From a virus (taxonomy: Duplodnaviria > Caudoviricetes), in the IMG/VR virus record IMGVR_UViG_3300031760_000033, positions 1 to 64,000 of that record: a stretch of 64,000 nucleotides of DNA. One strand, 5' to 3'. This document shows positions 19,011 through 30,500 of this stretch, one piece after another (the first letter of the stretch is position 1; each line of letters opens with the position of its first letter). A model generated the notes under the pieces. It had not been told where the DNA came from. It searched no databases and saw nothing but the letters and a program-made list of their open reading frames with translations. The position numbers and the translations under genes were made by a program.

Positions 19011-22000
19011 ATGAAGGAGAGGTTTTTGACCGTACTTGTCCCTGTCAAGGATAGCGACGTAACGCAGACATATCAAACGATGGCTGCGCTGCTTGCAAAT
19101 GTTACACCGAGCATCGCCAACATCAACAATATTTATGCCGTCGGCGCTCCTGTTTACAGCTATATGCGTACATGGCTCAATCCTGCCACAAACCAATACG
19201 AATTTCATCAGGTGGTTGACCGTGAGTTCCCGCACATTGGAAAGCCTCTCGAAATATTTGACTTCACCTATGATGCCACCCGTATGGGTTCGGCACCCAC
19301 TATTACGGCTCAGGGTGTTATGTGGTATGCTGACAAGGATTCCAGCGGCAACGACGTAACGCTGGAGGGCCTGTGGAGTCAGGAGTGCCATGTCAGTTTC
19401 AATGGCGAAAATTTCTATTTGAAACAGATACCCACGTCGAGTAAATCAAATGAGGACGCCAGATATAAATACGACATAGATTTCGTGTCTGAGCGCGTTG
19501 TTTTGGAGCGTGTGTACCTCTATGACGTTGTGCAGCCGTTCGTGTCCTCCAAGCCTATTTCTGAGAGTGCTCAGTTCAGCTTCTATGGCGACATTACTGA
19601 GCTTGCAAAGCGCATCAATGCTAGCTTGCTTAGAAGCGGTTTGGCTTCTATTGCCCTGAGACCCGGAGTAACACCAGGAAGCTACCTGACATACGAAGAG
19701 TTCAACTCTGTGGGCCTCGGCACCTATACTGGCACGAAGGACACCAGCGACCCATACCCGATTGTTTCGGGAGAAATGCAGTCGTACATCCATTATCCTC
19801 ATGCCAATATCTACGAGCATTTTGGAGGCAATTACACCAAGTATTTGCTTAACCTTGTTTATTTTGTAGACAATCCTCAATCGTATCATATCGGCCCCGC
19901 AACCGGCGGCTATGATGAAATTTACGACGGAGAACCGCGCTTGTCTGGATATAAATGCCTTATAGGTAAAGACAAGAAGGGTGTTATAACAACTTCCGAA
20001 GAGAAGCTTATTACTTTCGAGAATAACACTATTCACGAGGCATTGCAGCAGTTCCATGACACATTTGGTCTGCAATACTATATCTTTCGCGATACAGATT
20101 CCAATGGTGATTTCACTGGCGATACCATAATCATGGTAGCTGACTGCCAACACGATTTTGCCGATTGGGACGCTAATGCCGCTTCTGGAGAAGGTGATTA
20201 CACCCGCGACAGTGATGGTATTCCTACCACTACACATCCGTTCGACTATGGCGTTGAAGATGCTCTTCTGTCAAAGGAGAAAACAAACACCACTGACAAG
20301 ATTATTACCCGGATTACCGGCGTGGGCAGCGAGGAGAATATACCTTGGTACTATCCCAACCCAAATGCGGACGGGTGGATTAGGCCGATGTATATGACGA
20401 ATGGCGTAGAACAGTCTACGGCTATCAATTATCCTACGTCAGAAGGTACAACTGTAGCTGATTCTGTCAGGTACGAAAAATACCTAAAAAACAGAGTAAC
20501 AGACGTATTCCAATTTGGCAAAAAGATATGTACTGTAAATAAAAAAGCAAGTCTCGTAAGCAAATTCTCAACTTACACATCTTATGTAGACGAGACGTCA
20601 GCTAGACTTTGCTACGATTTCACATTGTCGTATGATGCTAGAATAAAATCCGATGGATTCTCATTAACAGGCTTATCAGCTTCAATAACATACTACCTAT
20701 TTAAGGGAACGACGAACGTTACGGCGTCCGGAAACGCATTCTTAATCAATGGCGGTAGCGGGACATTGGAAGCTGGTGATTATCATCTTATCATAAACAT
20801 AACATTCTCTGGTACAGGTCCAACACCTGTAACTTCGGTTACGAAATACTATTATCCGGCAAAGAATCGAATTTGCGGATGGATAGATACATTTGGATTC
20901 GGAAACCTGAATGGGGCATTGGCAATGGGCTTGGGAGTATTAGCGTTATCTGCTGTCATATCCGACTTATGTACAGGAGGTTTTGCTTGCCATTTACCGA
21001 GCTTCTTCTCTACTAATCCAAACTTAACTTGGAATAACAGTTCCGATGGCTCAAAGATGGGTTGGTATGATGGCAACAGACGAATTGCTATTAGCGAAAT
21101 GGAGTTTTGTGAGGCTAATTCTGAAACATACGCCTTTATGGGTGGTAGTGGAGAGAAAGCTCTGGGTGTCGATGATGTGTACAAGGTGACTTGTGATAAT
21201 GATACTTGGGTGTCATCTTATAACCTACAGCTTAAGGGAATACAGTGGGACGATTGGGGTGACATCTATAGCCTATATATGGATTGGGTGAACGGTTTGC
21301 GGGCATCAAAACGCTCGGCTACTTCTATTGAAGAGGTTGATGTCAGCGTAGACTCTTTTGTAAACAACAATGTGGCATTCGGTCTTACAGGGTACTTAAC
21401 TGATGGATGGTATAAGAATAATAAAAAGTATGCTCTCGCTGATTTCGGAATCACTAACGAATCCACGCTAAATCAAAACGCTGACGTATTTGATACTATT
21501 GAATTTCAGCGTGTAAAATACGTTACGCCGCAGACGCGGCTTATGCCAGAGTTGTATATCAAGACCGATGGAGAACGTCGTTTTTACAATGCTCATAACT
21601 ACTATGTCAATGGAAGTCTTCTGACTGGAACAGCCGACCCGATGATAGGAGAGGTGCAGTCTGGCACAAAGGTCAAGAATCCTCTGTATAAGGAGAAAGA
21701 AACGGATGCAGATAACAAGCATTATCAGTTTGAAAATGAATACGTCCAGATAATGCCGCATGAGCATATTGAGGAGTTCGATGATGTAAAACCGACCATC
21801 AAGGGTCAGCAAAGCTATATTCGTGCTTATCCAACAGAAGACGATTTTTATCTCGACCCAACATCTTTCTATGAGAAGATTCAGGGGCAATATATTCAAT
21901 GCACTACCGAAACGGTTTATAGCGACACGTCTGTATATTATCAACTTGTTCGTATAGATATTGTTGAAGAGTTCGCTTTTGATGAACTTGACAACAATGA

Positions 22001-23741
22001 AATTTGGGAGAGCATCGAGGATGGCAATACAAGTGGCGAGTACAAACACCCCTATTTCTTTGCTAAACTTCGTCCGATGGGATTCAATATCTTCGACCTT
22101 GCGTTGCAGGATGAAATGATACTTTCAATGACTACTGGTCATTGTGGAGCCTGTAACTTCAAGATTGCTGTCGATGAGAATACCAAGAAGAATCCTGTTC
22201 AGATTTGGGAGTATGATGTGTATGGTGGTTCCACTTATGAGACCAAGGGTGTTAAGTTATATTCTGCTGGAGAATTGCGCAGGATTATAGATAGCCCCAA
22301 CCTTCATTATGATACAGATGGAACTTCCGATGGTTATATACTTGTCGATTATAATCCGAATGCTCTGACTACCGGGTTCCTGATTGACGGAGAAAACACT
22401 GGAGCCGCTAGAAGTAGGCGCTTTGAAAGAACAACATACACCGCAGAGGAGGTTACTAATGGCCGTGTCGGTTCATTAAAACTTGCCCCCAAAAGGCCTT
22501 TCGAGGGTGATGTTATGACGAGTGGTAAGTTTATTGATAGTCAGCAAGATACTTCGGAAGGGTTTGTATGGATTGCTCTCTACAAAGATACAGAAACCTA
22601 TGGTGCCCTGATGCCATCCGCGCAGCCTGACTATGGTGACGACAACTACAGCCACTACATTGACCCCAAGGGACACATCTATACAGACAGAAAAACTGGT
22701 TTGACTGAGGTGTTGGAAGACGATGAGGCCGATAAATTTGTTCTGACAAATATCAGGCTCCCTCAGGCATATCTTCGCCGGGCCGAACGCGACCTGTCTC
22801 GTAGGATTATTGCCTACATGTATGACAATAACTATCAGAAGTTTAACTTCTCTGTTAAGTTCAGCCGTATCTACCTTGCTGAGAATGATGCCATCGAAGG
22901 TAACTTAAATGAAAATTCCGTGCTGTATGTAACGTTTAATAATAAGATTTACAGGCAGTATGTGAAACATTACACCTACCGCATGGTACATGATGCTTCT
23001 CTCCCTGAAATAAGTGTTGAAATGAACGAGGAACTTTCTGTTTCTCGCACATCCATAGAACAACAGGCAGCATTACAGGCTCAGGCCACATTGAACAGTA
23101 ATAGGCGCTGGAGAAGAGAGTTGAATGAGGAGATTGCTGGAGTCAGAAGAATAACTATTGGTCGTGGAGAGGATGTCGTTATTAGCGGAAATATCTTTAG
23201 CAGAGACAGTCGTACCTCTATAAGAGATTTGGCAAAAGAAAGAGAGATTGATGTCGGGGACCTCAATTTGAGACACTTCTCAATGGACGATTTTACTCTG
23301 TTCAATGGTACAGACCTCCGAATCGGCGACCAAATATTCTTACCTACGGCCTTTAAGAACGGACACCATATTGTCCGTAGGAAATGGGATAATACAACAC
23401 AACAATTTATTGACGATTCGACGCAAAATTTCTCACCAGCATTCATCGATTCTAATGGTAAAATTGCAGACTATGCAAGCAATGGCAACGAGAATCATTC
23501 TATTACTCCTGTTAAGACAAGTGAATTTAATGTTGCGGCCTTCAATACTTGGGCTGCTTCGATGCACGATGCTGTATTGCAGATTAAGTACACTGTATCT
23601 GCTCATGGGAATGGCCAGCAATGCTCGACAGACCCGAAGACAGGTAAGAGTGTTTCTTGGTGGTACAATACAAGTAACCAGCAGATTATGGGTGATATGT
23701 GTTACGACCTGCAGATTCCTGTGTATAATGTTAATAATTAA
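19011..23741 (+). CDS. Large tail tip / baseplate hub protein
   Basis: 1576 aa, beta-rich; tail-protein-like segments (KIITRITGVGSEENIPWYYP; NFSVKFSRIYL); synteny. Confidence 0.6.
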   Translation: MKERFLTVLVPVKDSDVTQTYQTMAALLANVTPSIANINNIYAVGAPVYSYMRTWLNPATNQYEFHQVVDREFPHIGKPLEIFDFTYDATRMGSAPTITAQGVMWYADKDSSGNDVTLEGLWSQECHVSFNGENFYLKQIPTSSKSNEDARYKYDIDFVSERVVLERVYLYDVVQPFVSSKPISESAQFSFYGDITELAKRINASLLRSGLASIALRPGVTPGSYLTYEEFNSVGLGTYTGTKDTSDPYPIVSGEMQSYIHYPHANIYEHFGGNYTKYLLNLVYFVDNPQSYHIGPATGGYDEIYDGEPRLSGYKCLIGKDKKGVITTSEEKLITFENNTIHEALQQFHDTFGLQYYIFRDTDSNGDFTGDTIIMVADCQHDFADWDANAASGEGDYTRDSDGIPTTTHPFDYGVEDALLSKEKTNTTDKIITRITGVGSEENIPWYYPNPNADGWIRPMYMTNGVEQSTAINYPTSEGTTVADSVRYEKYLKNRVTDVFQFGKKICTVNKKASLVSKFSTYTSYVDETSARLCYDFTLSYDARIKSDGFSLTGLSASITYYLFKGTTNVTASGNAFLINGGSGTLEAGDYHLIINITFSGTGPTPVTSVTKYYYPAKNRICGWIDTFGFGNLNGALAMGLGVLALSAVISDLCTGGFACHLPSFFSTNPNLTWNNSSDGSKMGWYDGNRRIAISEMEFCEANSETYAFMGGSGEKALGVDDVYKVTCDNDTWVSSYNLQLKGIQWDDWGDIYSLYMDWVNGLRASKRSATSIEEVDVSVDSFVNNNVAFGLTGYLTDGWYKNNKKYALADFGITNESTLNQNADVFDTIEFQRVKYVTPQTRLMPELYIKTDGERRFYNAHNYYVNGSLLTGTADPMIGEVQSGTKVKNPLYKEKETDADNKHYQFENEYVQIMPHEHIEEFDDVKPTIKGQQSYIRAYPTEDDFYLDPTSFYEKIQGQYIQCTTETVYSDTSVYYQLVRIDIVEEFAFDELDNNEIWESIEDGNTSGEYKHPYFFAKLRPMGFNIFDLALQDEMILSMTTGHCGACNFKIAVDENTKKNPVQIWEYDVYGGSTYETKGVKLYSAGELRRIIDSPNLHYDTDGTSDGYILVDYNPNALTTGFLIDGENTGAARSRRFERTTYTAEEVTNGRVGSLKLAPKRPFEGDVMTSGKFIDSQQDTSEGFVWIALYKDTETYGALMPSAQPDYGDDNYSHYIDPKGHIYTDRKTGLTEVLEDDEADKFVLTNIRLPQAYLRRAERDLSRRIIAYMYDNNYQKFNFSVKFSRIYLAENDAIEGNLNENSVLYVTFNNKIYRQYVKHYTYRMVHDASLPEISVEMNEELSVSRTSIEQQAALQAQATLNSNRRWRRELNEEIAGVRRITIGRGEDVVISGNIFSRDSRTSIRDLAKEREIDVGDLNLRHFSMDDFTLFNGTDLRIGDQIFLPTAFKNGHHIVRRKWDNTTQQFIDDSTQNFSPAFIDSNGKIADYASNGNENHSITPVKTSEFNVAAFNTWAASMHDAVLQIKYTVSAHGNGQQCSTDPKTGKSVSWWYNTSNQQIMGDMCYDLQIPVYNVNN

Positions 23742-23752
23742 AAATCAGATAT

Positions 23753-24148
23753 ATGGCAAATCTAAACCAATTCTACAAAGGTGAGGCTATCAAGATTACG
23801 GTAGCCGATGATGATGGCAACGCCCTTGTCGGCGAGTACAGCTCTACCGGAGTAAAAGGGAATCATTCGGAAAATCCGGACACTTACAAGTATGCGGGCC
23901 TCCGTGCCTATCCGGATGACCTGAACTTGGAGAATGGCGAGTCCACGAAAATCAAGCCGTTCAAACCGGCGACCTCTGGCGATGGGGCCGGAAAGGTGTT
24001 TTCCATTGCCGGCGACGTGTCGAAGACTATGGAGGAAGGTCAGTACACCGTGGAGCTTATATACGGCACCGGGGACGACAACCGTACCATTGTGAAGACA
24101 AATCATGCTTTTACACTTGTCGGCAGCGCCTTCAAGAGAGAAAACTAA
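23753..24148 (+). CDS. Small baseplate protein (BppU-N-like)
   Basis: 131-aa beta-sandwich pattern (FYKGEAIKITV..GQYTVELIY). Confidence 0.4.
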   Translation: MANLNQFYKGEAIKITVADDDGNALVGEYSSTGVKGNHSENPDTYKYAGLRAYPDDLNLENGESTKIKPFKPATSGDGAGKVFSIAGDVSKTMEEGQYTVELIYGTGDDNRTIVKTNHAFTLVGSAFKREN

Positions 24149-24159
24149 CCTAAAAAACA

Positions 24160-24534
24160 ATGGAAATCATCGTACATACCGGGCAGCCGGTAAACATAGA
24201 CATTACACAGCAGTCGCCCACGATTGTTGTCGGGAGGTCGCGTAATGTGCAGATGGTGGTCCAGCCTCAGAACGTGGAGATAAAACCCACGAAGAATAGG
24301 GGTATGGCTTTCCAGTTCGTACAGAACGTACTTGGCGGTTCAGATGTTGTCAGGTGTACACTGGACCAGTTTCAGGCGCTCCCGCATCTTGATGGCAAGA
24401 CATGGTATGCTGTTACCACGACATCCGACGAGCTGCGTTACCTGTACCTCGGCGCCACTCTGATAGCTCAGGCCAGCGACGACGGCGGCACATGGGGCTT
24501 TGCCTATACTTTCCCTATAATTTTTGGCAGATAA
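24160..24534 (+). CDS. Small tail-associated protein
   Basis: Contains TLDQFQALPHLDGKTWYAV, resembling a short tail-fibre motif. Confidence 0.4.
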   Translation: MEIIVHTGQPVNIDITQQSPTIVVGRSRNVQMVVQPQNVEIKPTKNRGMAFQFVQNVLGGSDVVRCTLDQFQALPHLDGKTWYAVTTTSDELRYLYLGATLIAQASDDGGTWGFAYTFPIIFGR

Positions 24535-24560
24535 TTTTTTATTAACCAACACATAGTAAC

Positions 24561-27500
24561 ATGGCTTACACAAACATTGATGACTTACTTAACAAAGTCG
24601 AGAATGAAGGAATGAACGAGCAGGGCCGACTTGGTGCCAGTGAGTTCAACCGCCTCGCTCAGGCTGTCAAGGAGTGTCAGGGTGGTGCCAAGAGTGTCAA
24701 GTTCGGTGGTCTAGACCCGATTGCACCAAATGATGACGGTGTTGTTGTCATTCCGATGGTTTCAGACAGTTGGACTGGCTCACTGCGGTTGCAGCGTAAG
24801 GTTATCCAAGACTATGAGGAGGTATATGTCGCCGTCGCAGACGATGGCTCCTATCTCTACAAAGACACGGACGTGCCTGTACGCTTTCAGTTCCGCGAGT
24901 ACCGAATACGCACCAATGACGACACGGGCGATACGGAGTATCAGCCTTCCAACAAGGAGGTCACGGTGAAGATTCTGAAACCGACACTCACGGGCCGTCA
25001 GGAGCTTTACTCGTTTACCTACACCGCCAAGGCTTTCGCCAGCACGGAATGGCTGGAACTGAACTTGCAGCCTTACCTCTCTGCCGGCGACAACAACCTC
25101 ATCTTCGAGGTCAGCAACACGTCATCCGGCGAGACGCCATCGGTGTCGTTCACCATTCAGGCGGCCAACCTGAACCTTCGTGTCGCCGATGACAACAACT
25201 GGAACAACACCGCTCTGGTGGTTGGCACGGACAACAGCCTCACGGTCGAGTATTATGCCAACGGTGCTGTTGACCGCACCCTCTGCGTCAAGTTCACAGG
25301 CGCCAGCGGAACGACATCCACACACCGCATCTTCGTCCCCAAGGCGACGGCTTCCACGACTGTTACGTCCGAGACGTTCACGGCCACGGAAGATACCGTC
25401 AGCTTCTTCTCAGAGGGCCTGAAAAAGGTCGAGGCTTGGATTGAGGCCGGTGAGGGTGATGACATTGTTACCAGCAACGTGGTGGTGAATAACATCATTG
25501 CCGTCCAATCCGGCTCCACGAACAAGTATGTGGCCATCCAAGGCTGCATCGAGAGTATGCTGAACTTCGAGGCTGCTACGATGTTTGGCTACAACATCTA
25601 CACTCCTGAGCCTCCTGCGACTGTTACCTTCGTTATCGCAGACTCCACGAAGACCAATGTCTATCTGGAAGTTCCGATAGCAAACAGGACTGTCAATACG
25701 CTCTACGAGTTTGCCAGCGTCCTGAGCATCCAGTCCTCTCTCCCCAGCATCCATGTCTATGTGTTTGCTAAGATTGATGGGACCTACGTCAACAGCGGAA
25801 ATCCTCTCGCAGACTTCCTTGTTGATAACAGCGAGGACTTCGGCGCCGTGGAAGGTGCAGACTTCTACCTGAACCCTATGCTTCGTAGCAATCAGGAGGA
25901 GAACCCCATGCGTATCATCAACGCTATGGATAACACCGTTGTCACCTCAGACCCGTCGAATTTCCATAACATCAGCTTCCAGCCCGGTGTTGACGGTTGG
26001 GTGGAACAGAACAACATCCGTTTCCTGCGTCTTCTCGCCGGCAGTACACTGACTATCCCCTACGACATCTATTCGCAGTTTACCGATAACTCCAGACACG
26101 GCCTCACCATTGAGATTGACTTTGCCGTCCGCAATATCACCAACGAGGAGGACCCGATTCTGACTATCGGCAACCGCAATGCTTCCAACCCGAAGGGTGT
26201 CTATATGAAGGCCCTGAATGGCGCCTTCATGAACCGAAGCAATACGTCGTGGGATTCTGCTGACGTGAGTTGGCAGGAAGGTGTCAGAACACGTCTGGTG
26301 TTCAACTTCCAGCACAACTACAACCTTGTAAGCGCAGAGAGTGGCCGTGGACGTGCAGAATCCGCTACCATCGCAATTATCCGTGCCTATATCAACGGTG
26401 TCATCAACCGCGAGGTCAGGGTTGCGGATGTGAGCAATGCCAACGAAATCAATGCCGGTGGCGACATCGTTATTGGCCAGTCAGGTTGTGACATAGACAT
26501 CTATGGCATCCGTGTATATAAGAGGAGCATCACCCCAGAGCAGGTGGTGAAAAACTATATCTCTACCCTCCCTACTGTGGCAGAGAAGAAGGAAATCCAC
26601 GATGACAACGACATCCTCGATAACGGTGTTGTGAGCTTTGAGAAGGCTCTTGCAGCTGGTTACAACTGTATTGTGTGGCACGGAACCCACATAAGCCGCC
26701 GCTATAAGGATAATCCTAAGCGTTATGGCTATTACGAAATCTACCGGCACAATGCCGACGGCACTCTTGACCGTGCTCACTCCGGCATCCAGTACGGTGT
26801 CGAGGGCAGCGGTCAGGGTACTACTGCCATGACCTATGCCGAGTGGAACTACAGCTTCAAGGAGGACAAGAAGAAAGGCTCCGGCCACGACGAGTATAAG
26901 TACGACGTCAACGGCACGTTGAAGAATGTTTTTGTTGACTTGGACGGAGTTGTGGCTTTCGGTGCTGCGGAGAATAAGCAGAAGTTTGGCTACCAGCTGA
27001 AATCCGGCATCCCTGTGGCAAAGAAACTTGTCGGCAAAATCAACTACGCCTCCCCGATGCAGTCGCACAAGATGGGTGCCTGTAACCTCTATAACGACCT
27101 CTACGCCAGTTGCGTGGCAGGTTTCGGTGAGAGCGGCTACTCCTTCGACCAGACGGACTGCATTACAGACTTTTCGTCCGGCCAGCGTATAACAGTCATC
27201 GAGGAACCTTTCCTGTACTTTGTTCAGGAGGTTGAGGGCGCCGACAATGCTTTGAAAGTCTTTAAGGGCCTCAGCACTTTCGGTCCCGGTAAGGCCGACA
27301 AGCCTACTTGGGGTGTTACCGACGCTTCACTTCTCGTCGGCGACAGTCTTGTCGAAGGTGCTTTGAACAATAACCCCTTGACTGATATGCGTGTGCCGTT
27401 TGTTGACACAATCGACAGCGCAACAGGTCGTTATGTTTGTGAGTATCAGATAAGCAATGACAAAGGCGACAAGGTGGAGGCTTTCGTATATGCTGGTGCC

Positions 27501-30500
27501 AAGAACATAAATTGGGGATTCGGCGACACTCTTGAACTGCATGACAGCGCGAATGTTGTATGGCCCGGTGTCCGAGAAGGCGACCAGACCAATGCGGACG
27601 CTCCCACCACGAGACAGGTGAAACTCTGGCAGCCTATCTTCAACTTCCTGTATCTGATGAACACCAAGATAGCGCCGTGGAAAGGGCCGAATGGTGATGG
27701 TCAGAACGCCAAATTGAGCCAGTTGAACATTGCTGTGCTTTCCAATAGTTTCGACAGCAGTGTGGCCTACTGGATGATTGACAGCGACGCCGGCGAAGGC
27801 TATGCCAAGTTCGACCTCTTCCGCTGCCACTACAAGGCTGACGGCACGAGACAGTACGTCCCCGCAGGTATTCACCTTGTGCAGGGCCAGTACACATTCG
27901 AGAATTTTGCCTGTCTGTACGACCTCACGGCTTCGCCAACAGGTGTTACCGGGTACAGCGAGTCCGACCTCTGGTACGACGTCAGCAACCCTGCCAACGA
28001 TACACGCAATATCACCCTGAATTTGCAGACAGAGCTTAACGCCGTCAAGACCAAGAACGGTCTCACTGACGTTATTAACTACAGCGCCGATGTGGATGCC
28101 GTCAACACGGCCATGAAGAAGTTTATCTGCAAGATTTTCAGGCTGTACGTTGACAACAACGTGTACCTGAACAAGAAGAGCGTCCAGTTCCACCACGAGA
28201 CTATGGTTCTCTGGGCCGGCACCGACAACCGCTCGAAAAACACCTACTACCGCCTCAATCCCTATGCCGTTCAGACGTTGAATGATACCGGTCACAACTG
28301 GCCCAATATGGAAATGAATGACGATGACCTCGACACCATTTTCAAGACAAACAACTCCGGCATACAGTCGAAGCCTTATTGGGTGCTGGAATCTGATGCA
28401 GACCCGGTTACGGGCTACCATTGGGAGGGTCAGGACAATGTGCTGAACAACACACTCAACGATGCCTACGGCTACGGGTTCCTAGAAACCGGCGACAAGC
28501 AGATGGAGTTGTCGAACATGATGGGACGTATCTTCAATGCTATGGTGGCACTCGCCAACGGCCAGACTATGCCTGACGGCACGGCTGTCAGCGCCGACCC
28601 CATCGGATGCTTTGACTTCTATTTCTTCTACATCCAAAAGTATTTCCCGGCTGTGGCCTACAATGAGACGGCCCGCATCCGCTACGAGATTCCAGCCGTG
28701 CTGTACCGCTCTCAGGCAGCGGACGATGGCGGCGAGGATTACCCGCAAGACCCGATAAGCCAATCTCTTGGCGACCAGTACGATAGCGAGAAAGAGTACA
28801 TCCGCAAGCGCGTTACCATGCTGGCCGGATATGCCGGCTACCGTATGAGTCAGTTCGGCTTCCGTGGCTATGCAGGTTCCTATGCCGTGGCTCTGAAACC
28901 TCACCAGTACATCTACCCGATGCACGAGGTTGGCGACCAGAGAAGCTCGTCGCCCGTGCGCTCGATGACTCGTGTGGCCCCCGGAACGACATTCAACCTT
29001 TCCTTCGACAACAACAGCGCCACCAACGGTGTGTACTTCTACTTCATAGGCTCGATGCGAGAAATCGGCAACATCGCCTCTTGGGGTAACGGTACATACT
29101 CTGGCGAGGCTGAGACCACGGCTATGGCACCCAATGCCGCCCGTTTGGTACGCTTCGATATGTACAGCGCTGATGCCGAGGGAGTGGTTTTCAACCCCAG
29201 AGCCGGTGCTTTCAATCTGGCCGCGTGTCAGAATTTGGAGCACATCGACGTGCATAACGCATACAGGTTGAGTGGTTTGGACGGTTTAACCAATCTTGTC
29301 CGCTTACAGGACATTGATTGCCGTGGAACAGCCCTCACTACGTTAGGTTTACCTAGCACACCTGCGCTCGTTTCACTGAAACTCCCCGCCACTTTCGAGG
29401 AGCTGAACGTGCAGGATTGCCCCAATCTTGCCACGCTCCAGTTCGACGATTACGAGAATTTGGAGAGCTTCGTCATCGGCGGCAGCACTCAGGTCAGCAC
29501 TAAGGAGATACTGATGGGTGTGTACGGCTACAACATCACGCAGGAGGCCAATGTTATCCAGACAATCTCGCTTGACGGCATTGCTTGGACTGGCGTCAAC
29601 TGGACCTTCTTGGAGTGGTTGCTAACCGTTACCAATCTGCACATCACTGGCACCATCGCCATGTCCGAAGGTACAGCCGGTCAGATTAGCTTCTCGTTGA
29701 AGAAGAGACTCATCGAGCGTTTTGGCAACGTGGATAGCGAGAGCAATCCTCTCTACATCGACTATACCCGCTCGACCCTCAGCGGTATCTCTGTCAGCGG
29801 CGACGGTTACTTTGATGCCGTCGGCGAGGTAAAACACTACGACCTCATCCCAAATGCCGCCACAGGCAACACCATTCAGTCTTACCAGTGGGCCTTGTCC
29901 GGCGCCAACGCTAACATGGGTAGTGTTGATGCCCTCGGAAACGTAACCTGTCTTGCTATGGGTTCCGAGGCGGCGGCTCCCACGGCCACCCTGACTTGCA
30001 CGGTAACTCTGACCAACGGCAACATACTTACAGCCTCGATGGATATTCGTTTCTATTTCCGTCAGGCTATGGTGGGCGACTTCGTGTACCACGGTGGCAC
30101 ATGGGATAACAGATACAATGCCAGCAAGGAAGTTATTGGTATCTGCTTTATGTGTGACCCAATCACGGAGAACGGTGAGGTTGTCGGTTACGACCGCCGC
30201 ATGTGTGCCCTGAAAGACATCGGAGCCTATCAATGGGGATTGTACAACAACTCCACATTCGGTTCCAATGGCTTCGCCTCCGACTTGAAGTATGATACCA
30301 ACAATGATGGCACTCCTGATACATCACCATTCAACGTGCCGTATATCAGCGAGCTTACGTCAAATGGAGGTAAGGTCCAGTCAAATACCGTGGATTGCAC
30401 ATCCTATAGTGTTGGTGATAATTATCAGTATGTCAGGTTCGGCACTATGATTGACCCTCAGACTGGCGATTTCTTTAAGTATGGCAATAATGTAGCCTTT

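Noticed and set aside
19011-24534. Second DGR variable region in other tail genes
   Set aside because: No TR-like sequence seen at their 3' ends by eye; a BLASTN of the TR against the full genome would settle it
27327-29255. 364-aa and 257-aa antisense ORFs within the DGR target
   Set aside because: Same shadow-ORF pattern
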